A DNA stretch of 64,000 nucleotides. Source: Octopus bimaculoides. Lineage: Eukaryota. A program made the position numbers and the translations under genes. Where the stretch lies: assembly GCF_001194135.2 (NCBI RefSeq), contig NC_068993.1, positions 63,179,647 through 63,243,646 on the forward strand. The letters run 5' to 3'. The notes beneath the pieces are model-generated. The model saw nothing but the letters and a program-made list of their open reading frames with translations. It ran no database searches and was not told where the DNA came from. Below, one piece after another: positions 1 through 13,942 of the stretch; position 1 is the stretch's first letter; every line of letters begins with the position of its first letter.

Positions 1-559
1 AAAAGTGCCATCTGTAACTTGCCAATAATATTCTATTTCGATTAGGAATTCTATATTTTGACCAATGCTTATAAACCATGACAAAAAACAAAAACAAAAA
101 AAACATGGTGTACACAACAAAGAGCGACAACAAAGATTGATGGGTTTCTCTGTTGCTGTGTTTGTATCAGATGACAATAAATAGTAACAAGTAGCAAGGT
201 ACTGCACTGGAACAGACATCTCCAATTCCTGCCGACATGGGAAAATAAGGATAGAAAGTGATGATAATTGCTCTTATACGGCAGTGAAAGAACATTTAAT
301 TATAGCAAGGCAGAGTGATAAGAATATATCATCATCATTTTAATGTCCACTTTTTCTTGCTTGTGTGGATCAGACAGAGTTTATTGAGGCAGATTATCTT
401 TGATCAGATGCCTTCCCTGTTGCCAACCATCACTTGTTCACCAAGTGAGGTAATATTTTTTCTTTGACCAAACATGTTTTTATGAAAGAATGGAAATGGT
501 GGACACTACTTGCATGATAGTGACACTTGTTTACAGCTATCATGTGAAGTCAGGACATA

Positions 560-596
<37 letters not shown>

Positions 597-3500
597 ATTT
601 TTCTGTCTACCAAATCCACTCGCAAGGCATTGGTCAGCTTGGGACTATAGCCGAAGACCCTTGTCCAAGGCACCACACATTGGTACTGAACCTGACACCA
701 TGTAATTAAGAAACAAACTGCCCACAGGCATTTAACTGTGTTGCTATGGGTATATGATGCATGCGTATACATACATGACCATACTCGCATGTATGTATGC
801 ACTACCTGCACACCTTTATCCGCATATGAACACATGCGTGCACATATATTACACACCTTCCATGCATATGTATACACACAATGTACTCGTGCCCTCACAA
901 CTATATTCTGTTCCCTCAATACCAGGGGTTCCTTTCACTAACCCTTTACAGTTTGCCCAATACCAACAGTTGATTACATTATATATTTTTTTTTTTATCC
1001 CTTAGATACATGTACACACTTATACATGTACACACTTATATGCATACAGAATTGTTGCTCCATGAAAAATGTTGCATCATTCTTGACACGATAAATAAAA
1101 TTTTCTTGGACGAATGCCAGAAAATGTTTTACCAGGACATCAATATTTTTATTGTTGAGTTTATCTTAATACTGTTCCATTCTTAATCTCAGTGACTTAC
1201 ACACACTTATATGATTGCACGAATACAGGTATATATATATATATTCATGTATTAAAAGCAGACAACATTGCTTGAAAGTTTAAGATAACACTATAGTGTG
1301 AGTTTACACTCGCTCGCTCACTCACTTTCACCACTGTAAATATAGTCTTTCTTCTTTCGAGGCAGTGATTGGAGAGAGATTTGGCTGGTATTTCTAAAAG
1401 ATAAAGTCGTACAGAAATTTCAAAGTCTTGTTGGTGTTGTTCTTTGTGTAGCCCTAGGTCAGCCTTGACCAGTCAGACTTATGATCAAAGGAATTGGTAA
1501 TATTGATATTATTGTATAACATCTAGATTTATGACCAAAAGTACTTGTGGTGGTGGTGGTGGTGGTGGTGGTGGAGTAGTAGAAATACCGCTCCAGGTTG
1601 GTTAGGGTTATGCAGATCTATGATCAAAGGTCATGCAGCTATAATGATCCTGTTTTTCTCCGGCCAGTAAATCTAACANNNNNNNNNNNNNNNNNNNNNN
1701 NNNNNNNNNNNNNNNNNNNNNNNNNNNNNNNNNNNNNNNNNNNNNNNNNNNNNNNNNNNNNNNNNNNNNNNNNNNNNNNNNNNNNNNNNNNNNNNNNNNN
1801 NNNNNNNNNNNNNNNNNNNNNNNNNNNNNNNNNNNNNNNNNNNNNNNNNNNNNNNNNCCTTTCACCCCTCCCCTCTCTTATATATACCAACCAAAATCGC
1901 AAAACGTCCAAACCAGTTGAAATAATTTACGGTTGATAAAGTTGTAATAGTTCCCCTGTATCAATAAATTGAATTATATTATTCATTCACAGCATCATTT
2001 ATTAACCGAATACAATTCTGATGAACATTATTTTAATTCAGCTTTATTTATTTATTTAAAAAAAAACTGTTTTTTCGTTTTGTAGAAAATTTTAAATTTG
2101 TTTCAAAAATAGAATTATCAATAAGTAGCACATCGCTAAAACATTTCCATCTCTGCATAACATGTTCTTTGATAAATATTGTTTTTGTATTGGGTTTCTT
2201 TTTTTTAATTAAATATGTTATATTTAACATTTCATATTGAGTCAAAACCAGTTAACTGATAATATATGCATATATAAATATACACACACACATATTATTA
2301 ATAATCAATAGAAGTTAATAATATTAATAATAAAAAATATATATATACTCATATTTTGAGTTCTATTTTTCTGTTTTTAACACCAAATGTATGTGTGTGT
2401 ATATAATATATATGTACACACACATGACATATATGTAGATGCAACAAAACTCCCATAAACTAGAGACCCCTAAACATGTATTTCCTTTACCAGAATTAGA
2501 ATCCCTTTGAATGACAGTCATGCAATATAAATGTATGGTGCAATAACTAACTTGACCCAATCAACAAAACAGCCTGCTTGTGATGAACCTGTAAGCAGTT
2601 GAGCACTCTACAGACACGGGTACCCTTAATACTGTTCTCAGGGAGATTCAGCACGATACAGAATGGGGCCAGGCTGGCCCTTTAAAATACAGGTACTACT
2701 CATTTTTTGCCAGTTGAGTGAACTGGAGTAACATGAAATAAAGTGTCTTGCTCAAGGACACGCTGCCAGGAATGGAACTCGGGACCTTATGATTGTGAGC
2801 TGAATATCCTAAGTCACACTTCTTCTTGTATGGTATAATACATACAACAAACCTGCTTTAGAAGCCAAGAACCCCTAAACAACCATGCAAGAACTAGAAT
2901 TTTAATGAAGGACAATGCAATCCCTGGATCCATCCGATCCTGTCAAACCCATGCCAGCATGGAACAGGAACATTAAATGATGGTAGTGGTGATGATGATG
3001 ATAACTGTGTGTGGTGGTAGTGGCGAGGGTGTGGTGGATTTTAAAAATTTTACAAAATAAATAAAAATTGTAAAAATTATTTTAAAAGTCATTTTTATTT
3101 TTGGAAACAGATAATAAAAAATATAATACATCTAGATAAATAACCCCCAAAACAGGATTTAAAAAAATTCTTTTCCCTTCTTTTCGATGTGGCAATATTT
3201 CTCTCTTGCAGTAAAGATTGTAATTGTGAATCATTCCTTGGCATCCGGCCAATTGTCTTGTTTTAGTGCTGTCTCTGGAAGTTTAATACGGAAATTCTAG
3301 ATAACTTATAGATATTGTCATTCTAAGAAGAGTCGAGGTGGGAATTGTTAATTGCTAGTGTGCAGTTTATTTTTGATACCTTTCTTTAATTTCTTCCTTC
3401 CTGTTTTCTTCTTTCTTTCATTCTCTCTTCCCTCTACCCTCCTCCCCGTTTCTCTAGAGTCTGGCAACTGAGCAAGATAAATGAGCTCAACGGGAGGGGA

Positions 3501-4049
3501 GTGGCAGGGGAGATGGAAAATGATATGAGGAGGAGGAGGAGGAACAAGGGGAGAAACTGTGAGAAGAGAAAGAGAGAGTGATGAAGAGGTGTGGAGAAGA
3601 AACTGAGAGTGCAAGAGGAGGAAAAGCAAGCGACAGAAACTGTAAGAATAAGGGAAGGAGAAACGGTTTATGAGAAGAAGAGAGGGTGAGTAAAATGGTG
3701 AGAGAGATGGAGAGACTGGAAACAAAATCGAAGAGATTTTGAGATTTCCATGTTGGTTGTACGTGCATCTGTGTGTGTGTGTGTGTGTGTGTGGGCTGAG
3801 TTCTATTTCAAGAGATGTTTACCATATTGTTAGAAGCTGGTCTGCCAATAGAAGAACAGAGAAACTTTATAATGGAATAATCTTTGTATTTGCTGCACCA
3901 ATTTTCTCACATATCACTTACAACTAGAAGAACAGTGTGTGTGTGTGTGTGTGAGTGCATGTGTGCGTTTGGTGGTAAGTATAATCCATATTTTATAATA
4001 TATATAGTAAAACATTCCATGGGTGTATGTGTGGTTTCATGCATATGTA

Positions 4050-4091
<42 letters not shown>

Positions 4092-4500
4092 NNNNNNNNN
4101 NTATATATATATATATATGCTTATGTGCTTGTGTGTATATTCATATATATCTATCTATCATAGCATACACACACACACACATGCACATGCTGATGCATCT
4201 GTTTGCATGTGAATGTAAAATGGGGTGGAGTATTTAAATTTGGTGACCTGTGCTAAAATTAGGGAAGCAATTTTTGGTCCGTTTTTATCATACACACTTG
4301 ATTCACTCATTGGACTGTGGCCATGCTGGGGCACCGCTTTGAAGGGATGAGTTGAACAGATTGACCCTTGTATTTATTTTTAAGTTTGGTACTTATTCTT
4401 TAGGTCTCTTTTGCTGAACTGCTAATTTACAGGGATGTAAACAAACCAACACTGGTTGTCATGTGGGGGTGGTGGACAACTACAAAGACACATACACGCA

Positions 4501-4502
<2 letters not shown>

Positions 4503-4545
<43 letters not shown>

Positions 4546-5015
4546 NNNNNNNNNNNNNNNNNNNNNNNNNNNNNNNNNNNNNNNNNNNNNNNNNNNNNNN
4601 NNNNNNNNNNNNNNNNNNNNNNNNNNNNNNNNNNNNNNNNNNNNNNNNNNNNNNNNNNNNNNNNNNNNNNNNNNNNNNNNNNNNNNNNNNNNNNNNNNNN
4701 NNNNNNNNNNNNNNNNNNNNNNNNNNNNNNNNNNNNNNNNNNNNNNNNNNNNNNNNNNNNNNNNNNNNNNNNNNNNNNNNNNNNNNNNNNNNNNNNNNNN
4801 NNNNNNNNNNNNNNNNNNNNNNNNNNNNNNNNNNNNNNNNNNNNNNNNNNNNNNNNNNNNNNNNNNNNNNNNNNNNNNNNNNNNNNNNNNNNNNNNNNNN
4901 NNNNNNNNNNNNNNNNNNNNNNNNNNNNNNNNNNNNNNNNNNNNNNNNNNNNNNNNNNNNNNNNNNNNNNNNNNNNNNNNNNNNNNNNNNNNNNNNNNNN
5001 NNNNNNNNNNNNNNN

Positions 5016-5095
<80 letters not shown>
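4503..5095. repeat. (TA)n-gap-(TA)n-(GA)n compound microsatellite containing a 470-N gap (4546-5015)
   Basis: Direct reading. Other gaps at 1679-1857, 4092-4101, 9919-9928, 48785-48802, 52750-52887. Confidence 0.95.
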
Positions 5096-5096
<1 letters not shown>

Positions 5097-5605
5097 TCCA
5101 TTAATTTAACTTCCTTGGTTACACCACCCTAGAGCTATGCTTTCTACTGTCGTCTGTTCTAACTTCCTCATTTACTTATTTATCTCATTCTGACCTAGTT
5201 TGGGACTGTGTTCCATACTGCCATGCAGAAATTGTTAGCTACATCGTACACACTCTGACAGAGAACATACATTAACTGGGCCCTAGTTAACCCCTTATTG
5301 AACACAACGATATATAATCAAAGGGTCCTAGCTGCAACTTGTATTTTTTTTTTTTTTTTCTTGTATTTCTAAAGTGGTGGATTAGCAGATGAGTTCAAAT
5401 CCGGCGAAAGCCAGCTTTTCCATTCACTCTTCTAGGGGTTAATTAAATAAAATAGCAGTTAAATGCTGAGGTTGATATAATCAACTAACTCCTTCTCTCG
5501 AAATTGTTGGCCTTGTGCTTAAATTAGAAACCATTTTTCTTTCAGATATAGTGTCCCTAAGACTACATTATTAAATGTGTCCTGCTGTTTTTTAAACCAG
5601 TAAAG

Positions 5606-5852
5606 CAGGGGTCCCTGACCACCAGGTCATGGATCATTTGGTACCAGGCCACAGAGAAGAAATGAATTTTTAATTTTTATTATCTTTTATTGACTATCGC
5701 AGTCTGCAGGGTGTTTTTGCATTATATATGCTATAAATAAATTGTATATAATGCAGCTTATTGTGATTTGTTATGTGTGTGGTTCCCTAATCCAGGGAAA
5801 AATTGTCTTGCATGAAACGGGTCTGTGGTGCCAAAAAGGTTGGGGCCTGCTG
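5606..5852. mobile_element. hAT (Charlie-like) MITE
   Basis: Termini caggggtccctgacc ... ggttggggcctgctg, with a typical subterminal ggtgccaaaaaggttgggg. Flanks cagtaaag / cagaagag are only partly matching. Confidence 0.65.
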
Positions 5853-5969
5853 CAGAAGAGTACACATAGAGGGAAATTTAGTTTGATATTTCTAGCAGTT
5901 GAGGGTGAGTACAAAGACGCTCTCTTATTGTATCTGCTGTGTTGTCTAGTTTATACATACATTACTGAA

Positions 5970-6116
5970 CTATCCAGAATAATCACCCAAATTTCTTTCT
6001 AGACTATAATTCAGTTTATCTTTCATATCTCCTTCGGGAAGTTCCCTTCTATCTTTAAAACAGAGGACCATTTGGTAAGTTTTATTCTCACCAATGTATA
6101 TATCTCTGTTATAATT
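5970..6116 (-). other. Candidate coding exon of an unidentified minus-strand gene
   Basis: Strong acceptor ctctccgtcctctctgctctctttccaatag|, then a stop-free frame NYNRDIYIGENKTYQMVLCFKDRRELPEGDMKDKLNYSLERNLGDYSG*. No family recognised; a competing + strand exon exists at 6003-6074. Confidence 0.3.
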
Positions 6117-6353
6117 CTATTGGAAAGAGAGCAGAGAGGACGGAGAGAATGTTACTGAAGACTGTGTTTGTACATGCAATAAATATGTGTGTTTATGAGT
6201 TGGATGGCGGTAGATGGGTGGCCCCACGAAGAATAATCTGTCTGCTATAAATCAAACGATATAAGTAAATAGATAAGAAAATACAAATGAGAATTAAAGT
6301 GTTTAAAGACAGACATGGAACCAGTATTTCAGAGAATGTGTTCTTTTTCACAC

Positions 6354-6385
<32 letters not shown>

Positions 6386-8310
6386 TCCTCTCTCTTTCCC
6401 TCTCTCTTTCCCTCTCTCTCTCTTTCCCTCTCTCTCTCTCACACACATCTTATCTAGTCAGTTTTATTTTAACTTCTTGTTTTGAGATAAGGAACCAAAA
6501 TGTCTAAGCTATTGCACTGGACTCCACACCCTCATCCTACTCTCTCTAGAAAAGTCCCCCACCCACTGCCGTGGCTTTGCCATTCTTATGAAAAATGAGT
6601 CAATAACGAACATAACTCACGTTGTCGCAATCAAACTTGTTCCAAAAAGTTTTATTTTGTTTTACAAATTTTTTTTTTGTTCCTCACAGGTGAAATATAT
6701 TATGGTACAATCGTGGCTGTGTGGTAAGAAGTTTACTTCCCAGCCACATGGTTTTGGTTTCTATCCTTCTGTGTTGCATCTCTGGCAAGTGTCTTCTACT
6801 ACAGTCTTGTGAGTGGATTTGGTAGACAAAAACTGAAAGAAGCTTGTTGAATGTATATATGTGTGTGTGTCTTTGGTTATATTTGTCACCACTCACAGCT
6901 GGTGTTGGTTTGTTTATGTCCCTGAACTTAACAGTTTGGCAAAAAGGGTTTTAAAAAATAAGTACTGGGTTTGATGTGTTCAGCTAAACCCTTCAAGGCA
7001 GTGCCCCAGCATGGCCACATTTCAAATGACAAATAAAAGAGAAAAGATTTATTTCGTTTTTGGATTTGGTTTGCAAGATTCTTTATATGAATGAGTTTGT
7101 GTGTTGAAGCATATTCTGTTGTGTCTGGGGAGAGTCATTCTCTTTGGTATATATATGACAGGCTTCTTTCAGTTTCTGTCTACCAAATCCACACACAGGG
7201 CTTTGGTCGGCTCGAGGCTATAGTAGAAGATACTTACCCAAGGTGCCACACAGTGGGACTGAACCCGGAACCATGTGGCTCGTAAGCAAACTACTTACCA
7301 CACAGCCACTCCTGTGCCGTTTGGATTGTAGGCATAATGCACCATCCTGGGGCACCTTTATCTGACTTCACTGGTATAAACATTTCAACAATTACTCTTG
7401 CTATTAACCCCCCCCCCACCTTCTTTCCCTATATATTCTTAACATAGATGTTTGGTAAACTGAATCTTATAGAATTATGTATCCAAGAGCAAAATAAAAT
7501 TCTTGACCTCATTGACCTATGGACGGCAAGGTTAATACATTCTTTATTCAACCATTTCCTACTTAGTTCTCATTATCTCACCAGAACATTTAAGTTGCTA
7601 TTGAAGCCTAATTAACTTCAAATTTCTAAATGACAACTGAACCCACCTACTTCAAGAGTGACCCGACCTTATTTCTCCTAATTTCTATACTTTCCCATCT
7701 ACTAATTATGCGATATCTAATTACACATTTTAACGTTTTGCTGTTGTCGTGTTAATTACCTTTAAAGCACGTCTTTAATTATTATTTGTGGTATTTAAAA
7801 CGTTGCTGCTCTTTTTAACCAATTATTGTAAACTTAACCAGTTTCAATGATTAGCTCCTATGTGTAAAAACATTTTTAGATTCTTTTCCTTGTGAATAAT
7901 CATTATCTTCCATCAGTCCAGGCAGAGTTCTTTATAGAAAATGCTACAAGTTTGGCTGCCAAATAGCTGTTGTTGGCAACTGTGGATAATATATATAAAA
8001 AACTGAAATGGTGCCAGTATTAAAAGTGTATGCAAGACTTAAGTTGAATGATTAGTTTGTTGACAGAGAATAGATTGTGCTTTGCCATGGTGGCAGTCAC
8101 TTATTTTCTCTTGTTTATTTCCTTGCCTGTAACTTAATTTTTTACTTGACAAACTAAGGGAGCCTCTATAACCGTCATCCATATCACACCCTGTTGTTTT
8201 AAAAGCAAAAGGGGGCAGAATACAGACATATAAAGCAGGAAGGCCATGACCAGAAACATCTTTTATCAGGGCTGAATTGAAGCTAAACACCTTTTTTTTT
8301 TTTAATCTGC

Positions 8311-8537
8311 AACCCTTTAGTATTTATCAGGCCATCTCCCACCCAAATACTTCACATGTTTTATGACCAGATCTGGCCTCTCACACCTACCCTACAATGT
8401 CATTCTAAAAATATACAATCACATCATCAAAATCTCAAAACTGAGAGATAAAGTTTTGATTAATTGAAAACAATGTGAATAAATAGAGATTACATTTGAC
8501 AGTCATCTAAATTAATCTGAATTCTGTTAAAGGGTTA
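8311..8537. mobile_element. piggyBac-like MITE (different interior from the 35 kb copy)
   Basis: Termini aaccctttag ... taaagggtta form an inverted pair; non-coding interior of about 225 bp. Confidence 0.55.
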
Positions 8538-9870
8538 CTAATTGTTGTTTAGCTACTTATCAACTTTGATTAACGAACCTGTATTAAAAGTTGTTCCAGC
8601 AATGATCAAACCATTTTTTTGCATATCTATGACTATATTGCTCAGGGCAGTAGAGTGTGAGTTGAAGGAGATTTGTTTACTATTTTTAGCAGGTCAAGTA
8701 ACCATATATATGCTCCCTCATTGATTTTAGTTTCATGTGGAGCAAATCTTAATAGTTTTTATTGACATTTTATTTCTTCTTCTTTTGCTTTAGTTAGAGA
8801 TAGGTTAGAGTAATGTTCAGTTTGAATTATCAGAGGTTCTACGGATCTAAGACAGGAAGATAGGTTTTCAGACGGAAGAAAGAGGATAGTGGTGGGAAAT
8901 GTATGCAGTGGGCTTAGGTAACCTTTCTTTTTCAAGAAACAAACCATGTGAAACGGGGGCTCATCACCAGATGGGTCACCGTACTAAGCAAAGTCAACAT
9001 AATTTTCCATTGGCTGGTTCTGGTTCAGAAGAGCAGTGGCTATCTTAGAATGATAGAAAAGGCATTATATATATATATATAATGTGCGTGTGTGTGTGTG
9101 TGTATACTCTATCTAGTCAGACATAAATAAATATCAATTTAATATGCAATTATGAAAGAGCCACAAATAGTTTCATGCTTTACAATACTTTAGATTGACG
9201 GATTTATAAAACATGCCAATTTAGAGTATTGTAAAGCATAAAACTGTTAGCAGCTCTTTTGTAATTGTGTATTAAATTGATGCATCTATATCTCGATGTA
9301 TATAAGTATACATATAAAGTATGTTTTACCATTTCACTTTACAAAAACTGTCCTCACAATTCATTCCACGAATCCTTGAATGATTACCATTTCGATTTGC
9401 CAAATATTTCTTCCTGTTTAGCCTTATGTGGCCCCTGACGATGCAGAACTGTGATGAAGGCCACACCAACCATAACCATAACATCTCTTTTAGGGCTGTT
9501 TAGGACTACATTATCTCATCTGTCCTTTGCTTTTCAAACAAATGTTTTGAGAGATTTGGTTGTTATTTCTAGCTTTCTCACAGATCAAGCATCCACATAA
9601 AAGCTCCCTTGTGTATGTAGATATGTATGTAAATGTGTATATCAAACCAGAAGACTAGAAAAATTTGAATATATGTGTGTATATGTATGTGTGTTTTAGC
9701 AATGACGTACGTGATATGTTTGATGTTGGATATGTAAATGATAAAGAATGATTTATTAGTAGATATTTTTGTTGTACAGCATTTCTCTTAATTAATCTTT
9801 TACCTGTATCAGGTTATAAAGTTACTAAAACTTTTATGTAGGTGTGTGTGTTTAGTGTATTAGTGAATAC

Positions 9871-9871
<1 letters not shown>

Positions 9872-9918
<47 letters not shown>

Positions 9919-9928
9919 NNNNNNNNNN

Positions 9929-9973
<45 letters not shown>

Positions 9974-10480
9974 GTGTGTCTGCATGTAGATGTGTTTTTG
10001 TATGTAGATGTATGTGTGTGTTTACATGTAAATGTGTCTGCATGTGTGCCTGTACATGTATGGGAGTGTTGGCATGTAGGTTTGTGCATCTGTCTGCATG
10101 TAAATGCGTGTCTACATGTAGATGTATCCATGTGTTTGCATGTGAATGTGTCTGCGTGTGCATGTACATATGTGGGAGTGTTGACATGTGGGTGTTTGTG
10201 TGTGTGTTCATGTATGTTTGTTTATTTGTCTGCATGTACACGGCTCTTCACATTTGCATGAACATGTGTTTATGTGTAGGTGAACTTGCGTGTGTGTGTG
10301 TATGTGTCTCTGCACGTGCAGGTATGTATATTTATGTTCCTGCATGCACATGTATGTGCATGAAAGTGCCTGTATATGCAAGTATACAAAACATATACGA
10401 GTGCTCGTGTATGTATGTATGTGTGTATGTGTGTGTACATATATGTGAATGTGTTTATGTGCCAATATGGGTATGTTGGT
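9872..10480. repeat. (TG)n microsatellite grading into a degenerate CATGT-rich tract with a 112-bp internal duplication
   Basis: gggagtgtt occurs at 10062 and 10174 with matching flanks; gap at 9919-9928. Confidence 0.8.
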
Positions 10481-11171
10481 GTGTATCAGTTTTGATTCAA
10501 TCCCCAATAGCAATTGACTATCCTATTTATTTTGTTCTGTCTTGTCTATTGACCTGATTCTGCTTGTTCTACCCCACCCTCCCATCACCACCTCCATCAC
10601 CACCACCACCACCCACTTTGCATATCAAATTCAATCAGTTTCATCTCCCACTCATAATATCGAGTATCAACATCATCTTCTCCTCCGTTTCTCGCTCTTT
10701 TTAACCATTTTCGGAGAATTTCCTGCCGCATTTTAGTGAGAATTCTTCTTTTTCTCTTCACCTTTTACACGTATGAAAATAAGAACGAGTAGAAGAAAGA
10801 ATGAATAAAAGATTGAACAAAACAAATAAACGAATAGAAGAAAGAAAAACACCAAAAACAATTACGGTAACTGTTACATTGGAAATGCAAGAAGTCTGCT
10901 GTGTTGGCAAAAAATGGAAAGTGCTGCATCAGACTGAATGCTTTGAAGTCTTTTAGCTCCTTACTTGCTTCATTGATATCCTACCAGAGTTTTGACTGTT
11001 TCATTTGAACACTCTACAATTGAAAAATTAAATTCCAATAGCATTATCATCATCTTTATTGTTATTAAGTGCCAAGGTTGGTTTTTGCCTTCCGTTCTTG
11101 ATTGTTGGGGGTCAATGTAATCAATTAGTCCCTTCCACCAAAATTTTGGGCCTTTTGCCTATTATTATTAA

Positions 11172-11545
11172 GGCAGTGAGCTGGCAGAACCGTTAGCACG
11201 CTGGGCAAAATGCTTAGTGTGATTTCATTCTTCTTCACGTTCTGAGGTTGACTTTGCCTTTCATCGTTTCAGGGTCAATAAAATAAGTACCAGTTGAACA
11301 CCGGGCTCAGTTTAACTGACTCATCCCCTATGCCAAAATTGTTGCCCCTGTGGCAAAATTTAAAACCATTATTATTGTTATTATTAAGGCAGTGAGCTGG
11401 CAGAATCATTAGCACACCGGGTGAAACGCTTAGTGGTATTTCTTCTGTCTTCACGTTCTGAGTTCAAATTCTACCAAGGTCGACTTTGCCGTTCATCGTT
11501 TCAGGGTTGATAAAATAAGTACCAGTTGAACACTGGGGTCGATGT
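11172..11545 (+). mobile_element. Two tandem family-A SINEs
   Basis: Both start attattaaggcagtgagctggcagaa and carry gttctgag...gactttgcc...gataaaataagtaccagttgaacac. Confidence 0.85.
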
Positions 11546-11559
11546 CATTGGTGCATGCC

Positions 11560-11872
11560 TTCAAAGTGACACTGGCATTTTTGTCCATCTCTACATTCTG
11601 CATTGGTCTCTTCCGATTAATGCAGCACTTTATGAAGAGTCTCCAATTTGAGGAGTCATTCGATGAAGTTGAAGAAACCTGTCAAGAATCTTTGAATTCA
11701 AACCTGAATGATTATTACTTTGACTAAATCCAAAAGCTTGCAGATTGTTGGCAGACGGTCGTGGAAAATGATGGTCTTTATTTGGAAGGATAGTTGTTGT
11801 TTTTGAATAAATTCTTGCATAAAAGTTCCTTATTTTAACACAGCGCACAAACTTTTTCCTCAGCTTCATATA
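11560..11872 (+). mobile_element. Mariner-type transposase C-terminal remnant with probable right TIR (second mariner lineage)
   Basis: LFRLMQHFMK..FEESFDEVEETCQE...YYFD*IQKLADCWQTVVENDGLYLEG*, a typical mariner C-terminus. Followed by cgcacaaactttttcctcagcttcata+TA. Confidence 0.8.
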
Positions 11873-12899
11873 ATTGACAGTGTGTCCATCACTCTGATTG
11901 TCCATCCCCCAAAGGTAGCTAACTCTGATGTTCTTGGGTTTATTTTCCTTAGTTACTCAGCACTAACTGGAGTGTTACGCTTGTACTTGACTGGTTGATG
12001 ACATATTTATCGACATATACTTATTGCTAATATATAAATGAATGAATCTAGTACCGCCCCCCCCTTTCTTTTTGTTATGGGGAACAAAGGCCACTGAAAA
12101 GGAAGGAGGTGAGGCAATCAGTCAGGTGACCTTGTTTTAACTGTGGTCTAGGAATGTCTACATCTGTGAGAGAGTTAAGAATGTCTATGAAATCTGTTCC
12201 TTTCTTTCTGTCTCTCTTTCATGTGTATATCTTTCAATTTCTTGTCACACACTCTCTGTCTCTCTCTCTGTCTCTCTCTCTCTCTCTGTCTCTGTCTCTC
12301 TCTCTATCTGTCTCTCTCTCTCTCACTGGTTTGAAATTAAAAGATCTTTATCCGTTGTGATTTATGTTGCTAGTGGAAGGAGGCAGGTATTAGGGAGTCA
12401 AACTTGATAGATACTTTGAAGTGATTAATTCAATGCAGAATTGAAATTCCATAAGATTTGTGGAAAGTGTGTGTGTGCCATCACAACACAAAGGATTGTC
12501 AATAGGATAGTTTGTGGAATATCAATTAGTTGAGTTGTAGTAAAGAGTGGAAGTTGTAATCATTCAGCAGAGAATATATAAAGATAAAGTTGTTGGCCTG
12601 ACAGTTGATGGGCAAGAGACAGGAACGTTACACTTTGCTCCTCCTTACCAGGGCCTTCTTTTCGTAAATTATTGCCAACGCAAAATGCTTGTCCTGCATG
12701 TTTGTCCTAAATCTAAAGTCCTAAATCTAAACTCCTTTTTTGTTGTTTCAATTAATCCTGTGTAAATTTTAGCCAAGATTTGCTTTGACATTGGAATGCA
12801 TGCATTACTTCTCTTGGTGCTAATAATATACGACATCATATTATTGTATTAATAGATCGTCCATTGTTGTCAATGATGACCAAGGACATCACATGGCAG

Positions 12900-13680
12900 A
12901 AGACAATGGGTCACAGTGTGTCCTGCTGTGGCCAATCAGTCCAATGTGTGCTCAAAAGTCTTTGCTGCAAGTCGGGCCTTTGTGGTCTATTGGAACTGGA
13001 AGCAAGGAATTAGCTTTGAACCTGCATTGTTCATGGTTTCTTTGTGTCCCTGCAATCCTGTTTTGTTTGTACGATGAGTCAACTGACTCATCCAGCTATC
13101 AGAGACTCACCTATCCAAATCTCAAGGTTTCTAACCTTCCATAGTCACCTTTGATATGGACTTCTATGTTTGCCAGATACAGGGAAGATTCTGTGAGCAG
13201 CACAAACTGTTACACATAGCCGTTTTTGAGCTCATCAAGTCATTTGATTTCATAAACTGTGAACCTTTGTGGAAAATGCTAACCAAATCTAATTTCCCAT
13301 AAAATTTCATGGAAGGATGAAAAGCAAAGTCGACCTTGGCAGAATTTGAACTCAGAACATAGTGACAGGCAAAATGTTACTAAACATTTTACCTGGCATG
13401 CTAACGATTCTTTCAGCTTGCCACCTTAATAATAATAATAATAATAATAATAATAGTTACAAGTAATGTATAACAATGATCTGTCCAGTTGCCTTTCTTT
13501 GAATTTGAACTCATTACTGCAAGCTAATGAAACGCTTATTAATTCTACAGTTCATGCTCTTATGACGCCTACATATAACAAGTTGGATTTGCACCAGCAA
13601 GAATTATATTTATTTTTGACTGTTAGAAATACAATGCAGTGTTGGCGCCAACCACATGAATATTTTAACCTTCCATCCAA
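12900..13680 (+). mobile_element. Decayed RTE (BovB-like) reverse transcriptase remnant interrupted by a SINE at about 13315-13430
   Basis: From 13153: DMDFYVCQIQGRFCEQHKLLHIAVFELIKSFDFINCEPLWKMLTK, resembling DMIF.RQLQEKCREQ.K.LY.AFIDLTKAFD.V.R..LWK.L. At 13637 gcagtgttggcgccaacc reads AVLAPT (GCVLAPTLF). The 5' boundary is approximate. Confidence 0.75.
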
Positions 13681-13904
13681 AGAGGTTATCACTCTGATAA
13701 CTTGACCAGCTGCCATTCTCAGAGTATCCAAGATGGTAGACCACCTGACTGGAAATGTCTTTCAATGTTTGCTTTAAGTTGATTTTTCAGTTCTAATTAT
13801 GAAGGCATCACCTTAGCTTTTCAATCGTTCTTGAATCAGTAAGACATATATCTGTTTTATTTAATGGTATATAATGTGCGTATATAATCATATGTTTATA
13901 TTTA

Positions 13905-13942
<38 letters not shown>

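Noticed and set aside
1040-1170. Short frames open on both strands (DKLNNKNIDVLVKHFLAFVQENF / LLHEKCCIILDTINKIF)
   Set aside because: About 40 codons, weak splice sites and no recognisable motif.
8039-8290. 83-aa minus ORF containing a GCCACCATGG Kozak match in another frame
   Set aside because: No recognisable homology. The Kozak ATG frame stops after 22 codons and no consistent exon chain could be built.
13791-13838. 48-nt plus segment with good splice sites (SNYEGITLAFQSFLN)
   Set aside because: It lies beside RTE debris and no phase-compatible neighbours were found; such matches are expected by chance in AT-rich DNA.
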